Assembly: GCF_009914755.1 (NCBI RefSeq)
Contig: NC_060940.1
Length of the DNA: 64,000 nucleotides
From: the human T2T-CHM13v2.0 reference genome, Homo sapiens
Strand: one strand, 5' to 3'
Of the stretch, positions 14,444 to 28,300 are shown piece by piece. The translations under genes were made by a program, and so were the position numbers. Numbering within the stretch: the first letter of the stretch is position 1; each line of letters opens with the position of its first letter. Below the pieces are notes generated by a model, which worked only from the letters and a program-made list of their open reading frames with translations, was not told the origin of the DNA and did not search any database.

Positions 14444-16742
14444 GATGATTCCACTCGATTCCATTTGATGATTATTCCATTGGAGTCCACTTAGTGAATC
14501 CTTTAGATTCTACTCGAAGATGATTCCATTCGAGTCCATTCGATGATACCATTCAATTCCATTCGTTGATGCTTCCATTCAAGTGCATTCGATGATATCA
14601 TTCGATTCCATTTGATGATAATTCCATTTGATTCCATGCGATGATTCTATTCGATTCCATTCAATGATAATTCCATTCAATTCAGTGATTCCTCTGGACT
14701 CCATTTGATGATGATTCCATTCAATGATTCCATTCGATTCTATTCGAAAATGATTCCATTTGAATCCATTTGATGATGATTCCATTGGATTCCATTTGAT
14801 GATTCCATTCGATTCCATTCGATGATGATTCCATTCGATTCCTTTTGATGATTCCATTCTATTGTATTCGATGATGATTCCATTCGATTCCATTCGATGA
14901 TGATTGGATTCGATTCCATTTGATGATTTCATTTGATTCCATTCGATAATGATTTCGATCAATTCCATTCGATGATTCCATTCGATTCCATTCGATAATG
15001 ATTACATCCGAGTCCATTCGATGATTCCATTTGAGCCCGTTCGATAATTCCATTTGAGTCCAATCAATGATTCCATTCATTTCCATTCAATGATTCCATT
15101 CGAGTCCATTTGATCATTCCGGTAGGGTCCGTTCGATGTTGATTCCATTGGAGTGCATTCGATGATTCCATTCGAGTCCATTTTATGATTTGATTCGAGT
15201 CCTTTCGATGATTCCATTCGATTCCACTCGATGATGATTTCATTCGAGTCCATTCGACACTTCCAATCGATTCCATTTGATGTTTCCATTCGAGTCCAAT
15301 TGATGATTCCATTCAATTCCATTCGATGATGATTCCGTACGATTCCATTCTGTGATGATTCCATGTGATTGCATTCCATGATGATTCCTTTCGATTGCAT
15401 TCGATTATGATTCATTTCGTGTTCATTCTATGGTTCCACAGGTTTCCATTCGATGACGTTTCCGTTCGTGTCCATTCCATTATTCCATTCTATTTCATTT
15501 GATGATGATTCCATTCGATTCCATTCATTGGTGATTCCACTCAATTCCATTCAATGATTCCATTCCATTTCTTTCAACAATGATTCCATTAGTTTCTATT
15601 CGATGATCCACTTGATTCCATTTGGCGATGATTCCATTCGTGTCCATTCGATGATTCCATTTGATTCCATATGATGATGATTCCATTCGATTCCATACCA
15701 TGATGATTCCATTCGGGTCCATTCAATGGTGATTCCATTCAATTCCATTCGATGATTCCTTCCGATTCCATTCGATGATGATGGCATTCGATTCCTTTCA
15801 ATCATTCCCTTTGATTCCATTCAAAGGTGATTTCATTCAAGTCCATTCGATAATTGCATTCGATTCCATTCTATGATGATTCCATTCGAGTCCATTTGAT
15901 GATTCCATTCAATTCAAGTCAATGATGATTCCATTCAATTCCACTCGATGATTCCATTGGATTCCATTCGATGATGATTCCATTCAAATCCATTCGATAA
16001 TTCAATTCAAGTCCATTCGATGATGATTCCAATCGAATCCATTCAAAGATTCCATTCAATTCCATTCGATGATGATTCCCTTAGATTCCATTCGATGATT
16101 CCACTTGATTCCATTTACGATGATTCCATTCGATTCCATGTGATGAATCCATTCAATTCTATTCAATGATGTTTCCATTTGATTCCATTGGACCATGATT
16201 GCCTTTGATTCCATTCAATGATTCCATTCGGTTCCATTTGATGATGATTCCGTTCGATTCCATTTCATTATTCCATTTGATTCCATTGGATGAGTCCATT
16301 CGATTACATTCGATGATTATTCCATTCGAGTGCATTAGATGATTGCATTCGAGTCCATTCGATGATTCCATTCGATTCCATTCGATGTTGATTCTGTTCA
16401 AATCCATTCGATGATTCCACTCAATTCCAATCGATGACTCCATTTGATCCCATTCGATGATTTCCTGTGATTCCCTTTGATGATCATTCTATTTGATTCA
16501 ATTCGGTGATTTCATTTCATTCCATTCAGTGATGTTTCCATTCGACTGTATTCGATGATGATTCCATTCGACTCCATTCGATTATGATTTCATTCAATTC
16601 CATTCAATAATGATTCCCTTCGAGTCCATTCGATGATTCCATTCGATTCCATTCAACGATGATTTGATTCGTTTCCATTCGATGATTCCATTTGATTCCA
16701 CTTGATGATGATTCCATTCGAGTCCATTTGATGATTCCATTC

Positions 16743-18573
16743 GAGTCTATTTATGTATTATATTCGTGTCCACTTCATGATTCCATTCAATTCCATTTAA
16801 TGTTGATTCCATTTGATTCCATTTGATGATTCAGTTCGATTCCTTGCAATGATTCCCTACGATTCCTTTCTCTGATGATTCCATTCGATTCCATTCATTG
16901 ATGATTTCATTCGACTCCATTCGATGATGATTCCTTTCGATTCCATTTGACGATGTTTCCATTCGAGTCCATTCGATGATGATTCTATTCAATTCTGTTC
17001 TATTATGATTCCATTCGATTTCATTCAATGCTTCTATTTGATTCCATTCGATGATGATTCCATCTCTTTCCCTTCGATGATTCCATTTGATTCCATTCAG
17101 TGATGATTCCATTTGATTCCATCTGATGATGATTTCACTTGATTCCTTTCAATGATGATTCAATTCAAGTCCATTCTATGATTCCATTGGAGTCCAAACG
17201 ATCATTCCGTTCGATTCCATTCAATGGTGATTCCATTCATGTCCATTCGATGAATCCATTCAATTCCATTCGATGATGACTCCATTCGAGTACATTCGAT
17301 GATTCCATTTGATTCCATTTGAAGATGATTCCATTCAATTCCATTCGAAGATGATTCCATTCAATTCCATTCGATGATGATTCCGTATGAATCCATTCTC
17401 TGATTATTCCATTCGATTCCATTCATTGACGATTCCATTCAATTCCATTCAATGATGATTCTCTTCTATTCCATTCGATGATTCCGGTCGATTCCATTCG
17501 ATGATGATTCCATTAGATTCCATTCGATTGTTGCATTCGATTCCCTTCGATGATGATTCCTTTGAATTCCATTCGATTATCATTCCGTATGAATCCATTT
17601 GATGATTATTCCATTGGATTCCTTTCGATGATGATTCCATTCGATTCCATTTGATGATGTTTCTCTTGTATTCCATTGGATAATTCCTTTCAGTTCCCTT
17701 CGATGATTATTCTTTCGAGTCAATTCGATGATTCTATTCCATTCCCTTCGATGATGATTCCATTTCACTCCATTTGATGATTCCATTCGACTCAATTTGG
17801 TGATGATTCAATTCGATGACATTCGATGACTCCATTCAATTTCATTTGATGATGATTACATTCGAGTCCATTTGATGATTGTATTCCTTTCCTTTTGATG
17901 ATTATTCCATTCGTGTCTATTCAAAGATTCCATTCTATTCCATTCAATGATGATTGCATTTGATTCCATTCAATGATTATGGCTATCGATTCCACTCGTT
18001 GATTCCATTTGATTCCGTTCGATGATTATTCCGTTAGATTCCATTAGAAGATTCCATTCGATTTTATTCAATGATTCCAATGGATTCCATTCAATGATGA
18101 TTCCATTCGACTCCATTCAGTGATTCCATTCGAGTCCATTTGATGATTCCATTCTTTTCCATTTGATGATGATTCCATTAGGGTCCATTCAATGATTCCA
18201 TTCGAGTCCATTCGTTAATGCCTTTCGAGTCCTTTTGATCACTACATTCGAGTCCATTCAATGATTCTATTCGATTCCATTCCATGATGATTCCATTCGA
18301 GTTCATTCGATGATTGCATTCGAGTCCATTTGATGATTCCATATGATTCCCTTCGACAATGATTCCATTCGTGTCCATTTGATGATTCCATTCATTTCCT
18401 ATCGATGAAGATTCCATTCAAGTGTATTCGATGATTCCATTCAAATCCATTCGATGATGATTCCATTCCAGTCCATTCGATCATTCCACTTGATTCCATT
18501 TGATGACTATTCCATTCAAATCCATTTGATGATTCCATTCGATTCCATTCGATGTTACCATTCGAGTATATAC
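16743..18573 (+). repeat. Segment K, copy 3
   Basis: Same start and end words as copy 1 at +8260. Confidence 0.85.
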
Positions 18574-21500
18574 GATGATTCCACTCGATTCCATTTGATG
18601 ATTATTCCATTGGAGTCCACTTAGTGAATCCTTTAGATTCTACTGGAAGATGATTCCATTCGAGTCCATTCGATGATACCATTCAATTCCATTCGTTGAT
18701 GCTTCCATTCAAGTGCATTTGATGATATCATTCGATTCCATTTGATGATAATTCCATTTGATTCCATGCGATGATTCTATTCGATTCCATTCAATGATAA
18801 TTCCATTCAATTCAGTGATTCCTCTGGACTCCATTTGATGATGATTCCATTCAATGATTCCATTCGATTCTATTCGAAAATGATTCCATTTGAATCCATT
18901 TGATGATGATTCCATTGGATTCCATTTGATGATTCCATTCGATTCCATTCGATGATGATTCCATTCGATTCCTTTTGATGATTCCATTCTATTGTATTCG
19001 ATGATGATTCCATTCGATTCCATTCGATGATGATTGGATTCGATTCCATTTGATGATTTCATTTGATTCCATTCGATAATGATTTCGATCAATTCCATTC
19101 GATGATTCCATTCGATTCCATTCGATAATGATTACATCCGAGTCCATTCGATGATTCCATTTGAGCCCGTTCGATAATTCCATTTGAGTCCAATCAATGA
19201 TTCCATTCATTTCCATTCAATGATTCCATTCGAGTCCATTTGATCATTCCGGTAGGGTCCGTTCGATGTTGATTCCATTGGAGTGCATTCGATGATTCCA
19301 TTCGAGTCCATTTTAGGATTTGATTCGAGTCCTTTCGATGATTCCATTCGATTCCACTCGATGATTTCATTCGAGTCCATTCGACACTTCCAATCGATTC
19401 CATTTGATGATTCCATTCGAGTCCAATTGATGATTCCATTCAATTCCATTCGATGATGATTCCGTACGATTCCATTCTGTGATGATTCCATGTGATTGCA
19501 TTCAATGATGATTCCTTTCGATTGCATTCGATTATGATTCATTTCGTGTTCATTCTATGGTTCCACAGGTTTCCATTCGATGATGTTTCCATTCGTGTCC
19601 ATTCCATTTTTCCATTCTATTCCATTTGAAGATGATTCCATTCGATTCCATTCATTGGTGATTCCACTCAATTCCATTCAATGATTCCATTCCATTTCTT
19701 TCAACAATGATTCCATTAGTTTCTATTCGATGATCCACTTGATTCCATTTGACGATGATTCCATTCGTGTCCATTCGATGATTCCATTTGATTCCATATG
19801 ATGATGATTCCATTCGATTCCATACGATGATGATTCCATTCGAGTCCATTCAATGGTGATTCCATTCAATTCCATTCGATGATTCCTTTCGATTCCATTC
19901 AATGATGATGGCATTCGATTCCTTTCGATCATTCCCTTTGATTCCATTCAAAGGTGATTTCATTCAAGTCCATTCGATAATTGCATTCGATTCCATTCTA
20001 TGATGATTCCATTCGAGTCCATTTGATGATTCCATTCAATTCAAGTCAATGATGATTCCATTCGATTCCACTCGATGATTCCATTGGATTCCATTCGATG
20101 ATGATTCCATTCAAATCCATTCGATAATTCAATTCAAGTCCATTCGATGATGATTCCAATCGAATCCATTCAAAGATTCCACTCAATTCCATTCGATGAT
20201 GATTCCCTTAGATTCCATTCGATGATTCCACTTGATTCCATTTACGATGATTCCATTCGATTCCATGTGATGATTCCATTCAATTCTATTCAATGATGTT
20301 TCCACTTGATTCCATTCGAACATGATTGCCTTTGATTCCATTCAATGATTCCATACGGTTCCATTTGATGATGATTCCATTGGAGTGCATTAGATGATTC
20401 CATCCGAGTCCATTTGATGATTCCATTCGATTCCATTCGATGTTGATTCTGTTCAAATCCATTCGATGATTCCACTCGATTCCATTCGATGACTCCATTT
20501 GATCCCATTCGATGATTTCCTTTGATTCCCTTTGATGATCATTCCATTTGATTCAATTCGGTGATTTCATTTGATTCCATTCAGTGATGTTTCCATTCAA
20601 CTCCTTTCGATGATGATTCCATTCGACTCCATTCGATTATGATTTCATTCAATTCCATTCGATAATGATTCCCTTCAAGTCCATTCGATGATTCCATTCG
20701 ATTCCATTCAACGATGATTTGATTCGTGTCCATTCGATGATTCCATTTGATTCCATTTGATGATGATTCCATTCGAGTCCCTTTGATGATTCCATTCAAT
20801 TCCATTCTCCGATGATTTCTTCTGAGCCCATTCAATGCTTCCACTCGATTCCATATGATGATGACTCCATTTGATGAAATTCCATGATGATTCCATTCGC
20901 TTGCATTCGATGATGATTCCACTTGAGTCCGTTAGAAGATTCTATTCAATTACATTCCATGACGATTCTGTTCGAGTCCATTTGATGATTCCATTAGACT
21001 CCATTCGACGATGATTCCATTCGATGTTATTCGATGATGATTCCATTCAACTCCATTCGATGTTTCCATTCGAGGTCATTCTATTATTCCATTAGATTCC
21101 ATTCGATGATGATTCCATTCGATTCCATTTGATGATTGCATTCTATTTCATTTGATGATGATTCCATTCGAGTCCATTCGATGATTCCATTCGAGTCCAT
21201 TTAATGAATCCATTGGTTTCAATTCTATGATGATTACATTGGATTCCATTCGTTGATGATTTCATTCGATTCCATTCAATGATGATTCCATTCAATTCCA
21301 TTCAATGATTCCATTCAATTCCATACGATGATGATTCCATTGGATTTGATTCCACAGTGAGCCATTCGATTCAATTCCATGATGATTCTATTTTATTCAA
21401 TAGGTTGACATTTCCATTCGATTCCATTCGATGATGATTCCCTTTGATTCCATTCAAAGCTGATTCCATTCTAGCCCATTCAATCATTCCATTCGATTCT

Positions 21501-24500
21501 ATTCAATGATGATTCCATTCATGTCGATTTGGTGATTCCATTTGACTTCATTTGATGATGATTCTTTTCAAGTTCATTAGATGATTCCATTCGATTCCAT
21601 TTGATGATGATCCCATTCGAGTCCATTTGATGATTCCACTCGTTTCCATTCCATGATGATTCCATTCCATTCCATTCAATGATTCCATTCGATTCCGTTT
21701 GATGATGATTTCATTCGAGTCCATTTCATGATTCCATTTGATTCCATTCGATGATGATTACATTCGAGTCCATACGATGATTCCACTCAATTCCATATGA
21801 TGATGATTCCATTCGATTCCATTCGATGATTCCACTTGATTCCATTTACGATGATTCCATTCGATTCCATGTGATGATTCCATTCAGTTCTATTCAATGC
21901 TGTTTCCATTTGATTCCATTCGACCATGATTGCCTTTGATTCCATTCAATGACTCCATTCGGTTCCTTTTGATTATGATTCCGTTCGATTCCATTTCATT
22001 ATTCCATTTGATTCCATTGGATGAGTCCATTCGATTACATTCGATGATTATTCCATTCGAGTGCATTAGATGATTCCATTCGAGTCCATTCGATGATTCC
22101 ATTCGATTCCATTCGATGTTGATTCTGTTCAAATCCATTCGATGATTCCACTCGATTCCATTCGATGACTCCAGTTGATCCCATTCGATGATTTCCTTTG
22201 ATTCCCTTTGATGATCATTCCATTTGATTCAATTCGGTGATTTCATTTGATTCCATTCAGTGATGTTTCCATTCGACTCCATTCGATGATGATTCCATTC
22301 GACTCCATTCGATTATGATTTCATTCAATTCCATTCGATAATGATTCCCTTCGAGTCCATTCGATGATTCCATTCGATTCCATTCAACGATGATTTGATT
22401 CGTGTCCATTCGATGATTCCATTTGATTCCACTTGATGATGATTCCATTCGAGTCCATTTGATGATTCCATTCAATTCCATTCTCCGATGATTTCTTTTG
22501 AGCCCATTCAATGCTTCCACTCGATTCCATATGATGATGAATCCATTCGATGAAATTCAATGATGATTCCCTTTGATTCCATTCAAAGATGATTCCATTC
22601 TAGCCCATTCAATCATTCCATTCGATTCTATTCAATGATGATTCCATTCATGTCGATTTGGTGATTCCATTTGACTTCATTTGATGATGATTCCTTTCAA
22701 GTTCATTAGATGATTCCATTCGATTCCATTTGATGATGATCCCATTGGAGTCCATTCAGTGATTCCACTCGTTTCCATTCCATGATGATTCCATTCCATT
22801 CCATTCAATGATTCCATTCGATTCCGTTTGATGATGATTTCATTCGAGTCCATTTGATGATTCCATTGGATTCCATTCGATGATGATTCCATTCGAGTCC
22901 ATTCGATGATTCTATTCGAATCCATTTGATGATTTCTTTTGATTATAGTTGGTGATGATTCCATTGGAGTCCATTCAATGATTCCATTCGATTCCAATCG
23001 ATGGTGATTCCATTAGAGTCCATTTAACGATTCCATTTGATTCCAGTCTCTGATGATTACATTCGAGTCCATACGATGATTCCACTCAATTCCATATGAT
23101 GATGATTCCATTCTATTCCATTCGATGATTCCATTCTATTCTATTCAATGGTGATTCCATTCGAGTACATTAGATGATTCCATTCGATTCCATTCAATGA
23201 TGATTCTATTTGTGTCCCTTAGATGGTTCCACATGATTCCATTTCATGATGATACTATTTGAGCCCATCCAATGACTCCCTTCGATTCCATTCGATGAGG
23301 ATTCCATTCGATTCAATTCATTGGTGATTCTATTCAATTCAATTCTTTGATTCCATTCCATTCCATTCGAAAATGATTCCATTCGATTTCTTTCGATGAT
23401 TCCACTCGATTCCACTTGACATTGATTCCATTCGATTCCATTCAATGATTCCGTTTGATTCCAGTGGATGATGATTGCCGTCAATTCCATTCGATCACTC
23501 CATTCTATTCCATTTGATGATGATTACATTCGATTCCATTTGATGATTCCATCTGATTCTATTCGAGGATTCCATTTGATTCCATTCGATGATGATTCCA
23601 TTCGAGTGCATTCGATGATTTCATTCGAGTACATCCAATGATTCCATTCGAGTCCATTTGATGATTCCATTTGATTCCATTTGATTATGATTCTACTAGA
23701 GTCCATTCAATGACTCCATTCGAATCCATTCAACAATTCCATTCGAGGCCATTCGTTGATTCCATTTCATGATTCCATTCGAGTCCATTTAATCATTACA
23801 GTCGAGTCCATTTGGTGATTCCACTGGATTTCTTTTGATAATGATACCATTCAATTACATTTGATGATGATCCCATTCAATTTCATTTGATGGTGATTCC
23901 ATTAGAGTCCATTCGATGATTTCATTCGAGTCCCTTCATTGATTCCATCCGATTTTTTTGGATGATGACTCCATTCGAGTCCATTCGATGATTCCACTCG
24001 ATTCCATTAGATGATTCCATTGGAGTCCATTTGATTGTTCCATTCGATTCTATTCGATTCCTTTCGAAGATTATTCCATTTGAGTCCATTCGATGATGAT
24101 TCCATTCCATTCCATTCGATGATTCCGTTTGATTCCATTCGATGATTCCCTTCGATTCCATTCTTTGATGATTCCATTCCATTCCATTCAATGATTCCAT
24201 TCGAATCTATTCCATGATGATTCCTTTCGATTCCATTCGCTGATGTTTCCGTTCAATTCCATTCGATGATGATTCCATTCGATTCCATTCATTGAGGATT
24301 CCATTTGATTCCATTCAATGATGATTCCATTCTATTCCATTCAATGATTGCATTCAATTCCATTCAATGATTATCCCATTAGAGTAAACTCAACGATTCC
24401 ATTCAATACCATTCGATGATGATTCCTTTTGAGTCCATTCAATGATTTCATTCAAGTCCATTTGATGATTCCTTTCAATTCCATTCTATGATGATTCCAT

Positions 24501-25351
24501 TCGAGTCCATTCGATGATTCCATTCGATTGCATTCGATGATTCCATTATATTCCATTCAACGATGATTCCATTCGAGTCCATTTCATGATTCCATTAGAG
24601 TACATTTAATGATTGCTTTGTTTTCAATTCGAAGATGATTACATTCGATTCCATTCTATGATACCATTCGATTCCATTCAATGATGATTCCTCTCAAATC
24701 CATTGGATGATTCCATTCGTGTCCATTCGGTGATTTCATTAGATTCCATTCGAGGATGATTCCATTCGATTCCATTCGATGATTCCATTCAATTCCATTC
24801 GATGATGATTCCATTCCAGTCCATATGATCATTCCATTTGATTTCATTCGATGATGATTCCATTCGATTCCATTCGATGATTCCATTCTATTCCATTCGA
24901 TGATGATTCCATTCGAGTCCATTCGATGATTCCATTCGAGTCCATTTAATGATTCCATTGGGTTCAATTCAATGATGATTACATTGGATTCCGTTCTATG
25001 ATTCCATTCAATTCCGTTCATAGACAATTTGATTCCATTCGATGATGATTCCATTTGAGTTCATTCGATGATTCTATTCGATTCTCTTCGATGGTGATTC
25101 AATTCTATTATATTGGATGATTCCATTCGATTCCATTTGATGTTGATTCAATTCGATTCTATTCGATGATGATTCCATTGGATTTCACTTGATGATTCTA
25201 TTCGATTCCATTCAATGATGATTCACTTCTCGTCCATTGGATGATTCCATTTCATTCCATTCGATGATGATTCCATTCGATTCCATTCGATGATTCCATT
25301 TGATTCCATGCGACGGTGAGCAATTCGATTCAATTCCATGATGATTCTATT

Positions 25352-25362
25352 TGATTCAATTA
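25352..25362 (-). promoter_or_regulatory. DUX4 consensus motif TAATTGAATCA (putative)
   Basis: TGATTCAATTA in segment F. Confidence 0.5.
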
Positions 25363-28300
25363 GATGATGTTTCCATTCGAATCCATTCCATGATTATTCC
25401 ATTGGAATCCATTTGGCGATGATTCCATATGAGTCAATTCAATGATGATTCCATATAGGTCCGTTCGATGATAATTCCATTTGATTTCATTCGATGCTTC
25501 TATTCTATTCCAGTCGATGATGATTCCGTTGGAGTCCATACGATGATTCCATTTGATTTCATTTGATGATGATTCCATTCGATGATGATTACATTGGATT
25601 CCATTCTATGATTCCATTCAATTCCATTCGTTGATGATTCGATTCCATTCAATGATGATTCCATTTGAGTTCATTCGATGATTCTATTCGATTCCGTTCG
25701 ATGGTGATTCAGTTCTATTATATAGGATGATTCCACTCGATTCCATTTGATGATTATTCCATTGTAGTCCACTTAGTGAATCCTTTAGATTCTACTCGAA
25801 GATGATTCCATTCGAGTCCATTCGATGATACCATTCAATTTCATTCGTTGATGCTTCCATTCAAGTGCATTCGATGATATCATTCGATTCCATTTGATGA
25901 TAATTCCATTTGATTCCATGCGATGATTCTATTCGATTCCATTCAATGATAATTCCATTCAATTCAGTGATTCCTCTGGACTCCATTTGATGATGATTCC
26001 ATTCAATGATTCCATTCGATTCTATTCCAAAATGATTCCATTTGAATCCATTTGATGATGATTCCATTAGATTCCATTTGATGATTCCATTCGATTCCAT
26101 TTGACGATGATTCCATTCGATTCCATTTGATGATTCCATTCTATTCTATTCGATGATGATTCCATTCCATTCCATTTGATGATGATTGGATTCGATTCCA
26201 TTTGATGATTTCATTTGATTCCATTCGTTAATGATTTCGATCAACTCCATTCGATGATTCCATTTGATTCCATTCGATAATGATTACATCCGAGTCCATT
26301 CGATGATTCCATTTGAGCCCGTTCGATAATTCCATTTGAGTCCAATCAATGATTCCATTCATTTCCATTCAATGATTCCATTCGAGTCCATTTGATCATT
26401 CTGGTAGGGTCCGTTCGATGTTGATTCCATTGGAGTGCATTCGATGATTCCATTCGAGTCCATTTTAGGATTTGATTCGAGTCCTTTCGATGATTCCATT
26501 CGATTCCACTCGATGATGATTTCATTCGAGTCCATTCGACACTTCCAATCGATTCCATTTGATGTTTCCATTCGAGTCCAATTGATGATTCCATTCAATT
26601 CCATTCGATGATGATTCCGTACGATTCCATTCTGTGATGATTCCATGTGATTGCATTCAATGATGATTCCTTTAGATTGCATTCGATTGTGATTCATTTC
26701 GTCTTCATTCTATGGTTCCACAGGTTTCCATTCGTGTCCATTCCATTATTCCATTCTATTCCATTTGGTGATGATTCCATTCGATTCCATTCATTGGTGA
26801 TTCCACTCAATTCCATTCAATGATTCCATTCCATTTCTTTCAACAATGATTCCATTAGTTTCTAATCGATGATCCACTTGATTCCATTTGACGACGATTC
26901 CATTCTTGTCCATTCGATGATTCCATTTGATTCCATATGATGATGATTCCATTCGATTCCATACCATGATGATTCCATTCGAGTCCATTCAATGGTGATT
27001 CCATTCAATTCCATTCGATGATTCCTTTCGATTCCATTCGATGATGATGGCATTCGATTCCTTTCAATCATTCCCTTTGATTCCATTCAAAGGTGATTTC
27101 ATTCAAGTCCATTCGATAATTGCATTCGATTCCATTCTATGATGATTCCATTCGAGTCCATTTGATGATTCCATTCAATTCAAGTCAATGATGATTCCAT
27201 TCGATTCCATTCGATGATTCCATTGGATTCCATTCGATGATGATTCCATTCAAATCCATTCGATAATTCAATTCAAGTCCATTCGATGATGATTAAAATC
27301 GAATCCATTCAAAGATTCCATTCAGTTCCATTCGATGATTCCCTTAGATTCCATTCGATGATTCCACTTGATTGCATTTACGATGATTCCATTCGATTCC
27401 ATGTGATGATTCCATTCAATTCTATTCAATGCTGTTTCCATTTGATTCCATTCGACCATGATTGCCTTTGATTCCATTCAATGACTCCATTCGGTTCCTT
27501 TTGATGATGATTCCGTTCGATTCCATTTGATGATTCCATTTGATTCCATTGGATGAGTCCATTCGATTACATTCGATGATTATTCCATTCGAGTGCATTA
27601 GATGATTCCATTCGAGTCCATTCGATGATTCCATTCGATTCCATTCGATGTTGATTCTGTTCAAATCCATTCGATGATTCCACTCGATTCCATTCGATGA
27701 CTCCAGTTGATCCCATTCGATGATTTCCTTTGATTCCCTTTGATGATCATTCCATTTGATTCAATTCGGTGATTTCATTTGATTCCATTCAGTGATGTTT
27801 CCATTCGACTCCATTCGATGATGATTCCATTCGACTCCATTCGATTATGATTTCATTCAATTCCATTCGATAATGATTCCCTTCGAGTCCATTCGATGAT
27901 TCCATTCGATTCCATTCAACGATGATTTGATTCGTGTCCATTCGATGATTCCATTTGATTCCACTTGATGATGATTCCATTCGAGTCCATTTGATGATTC
28001 CATTCAATTCCATTCTCCGATGATTTCTTTTGAGCCCATTCAATGCTTCCACTCGATTCCATATGATGATGACTCCATTCGATGAAATTCGATGATGATT
28101 CCCTTTGATTCCATTCAAAGATGATTCCATTCTAGCCCATTCAATCATTCCATTCGATTCTATTCAATGATGATTCCATTCATGTCGATTTGGTGATTCC
28201 ATTTGACTTCATTTGATGATGATTCCTTTCAAGTTCATTAGATGATTCCATTCGATTCCATTTGATGATGATCCCATTGGAGTCCATTCAGTGATTCCAC

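Larger units (their letters stand above)
6861..19250 (+). repeat. Near-identical tandem triplication of a 4130-bp variant unit (H-I-J-A'-K-G)
   Basis: Landmarks at exact 4130-bp steps: 7265/11395/15525, 7899/12029/16159, 8571/12701/16831, 9918/14048/18178, 10449/14579/18709. Boundary is bracketed to ~6861-6925 by flanking diagnostic bases (T vs C at 6860; TTTTATGATT vs TTTTAGGATT at ~19316). Confidence 0.92.
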
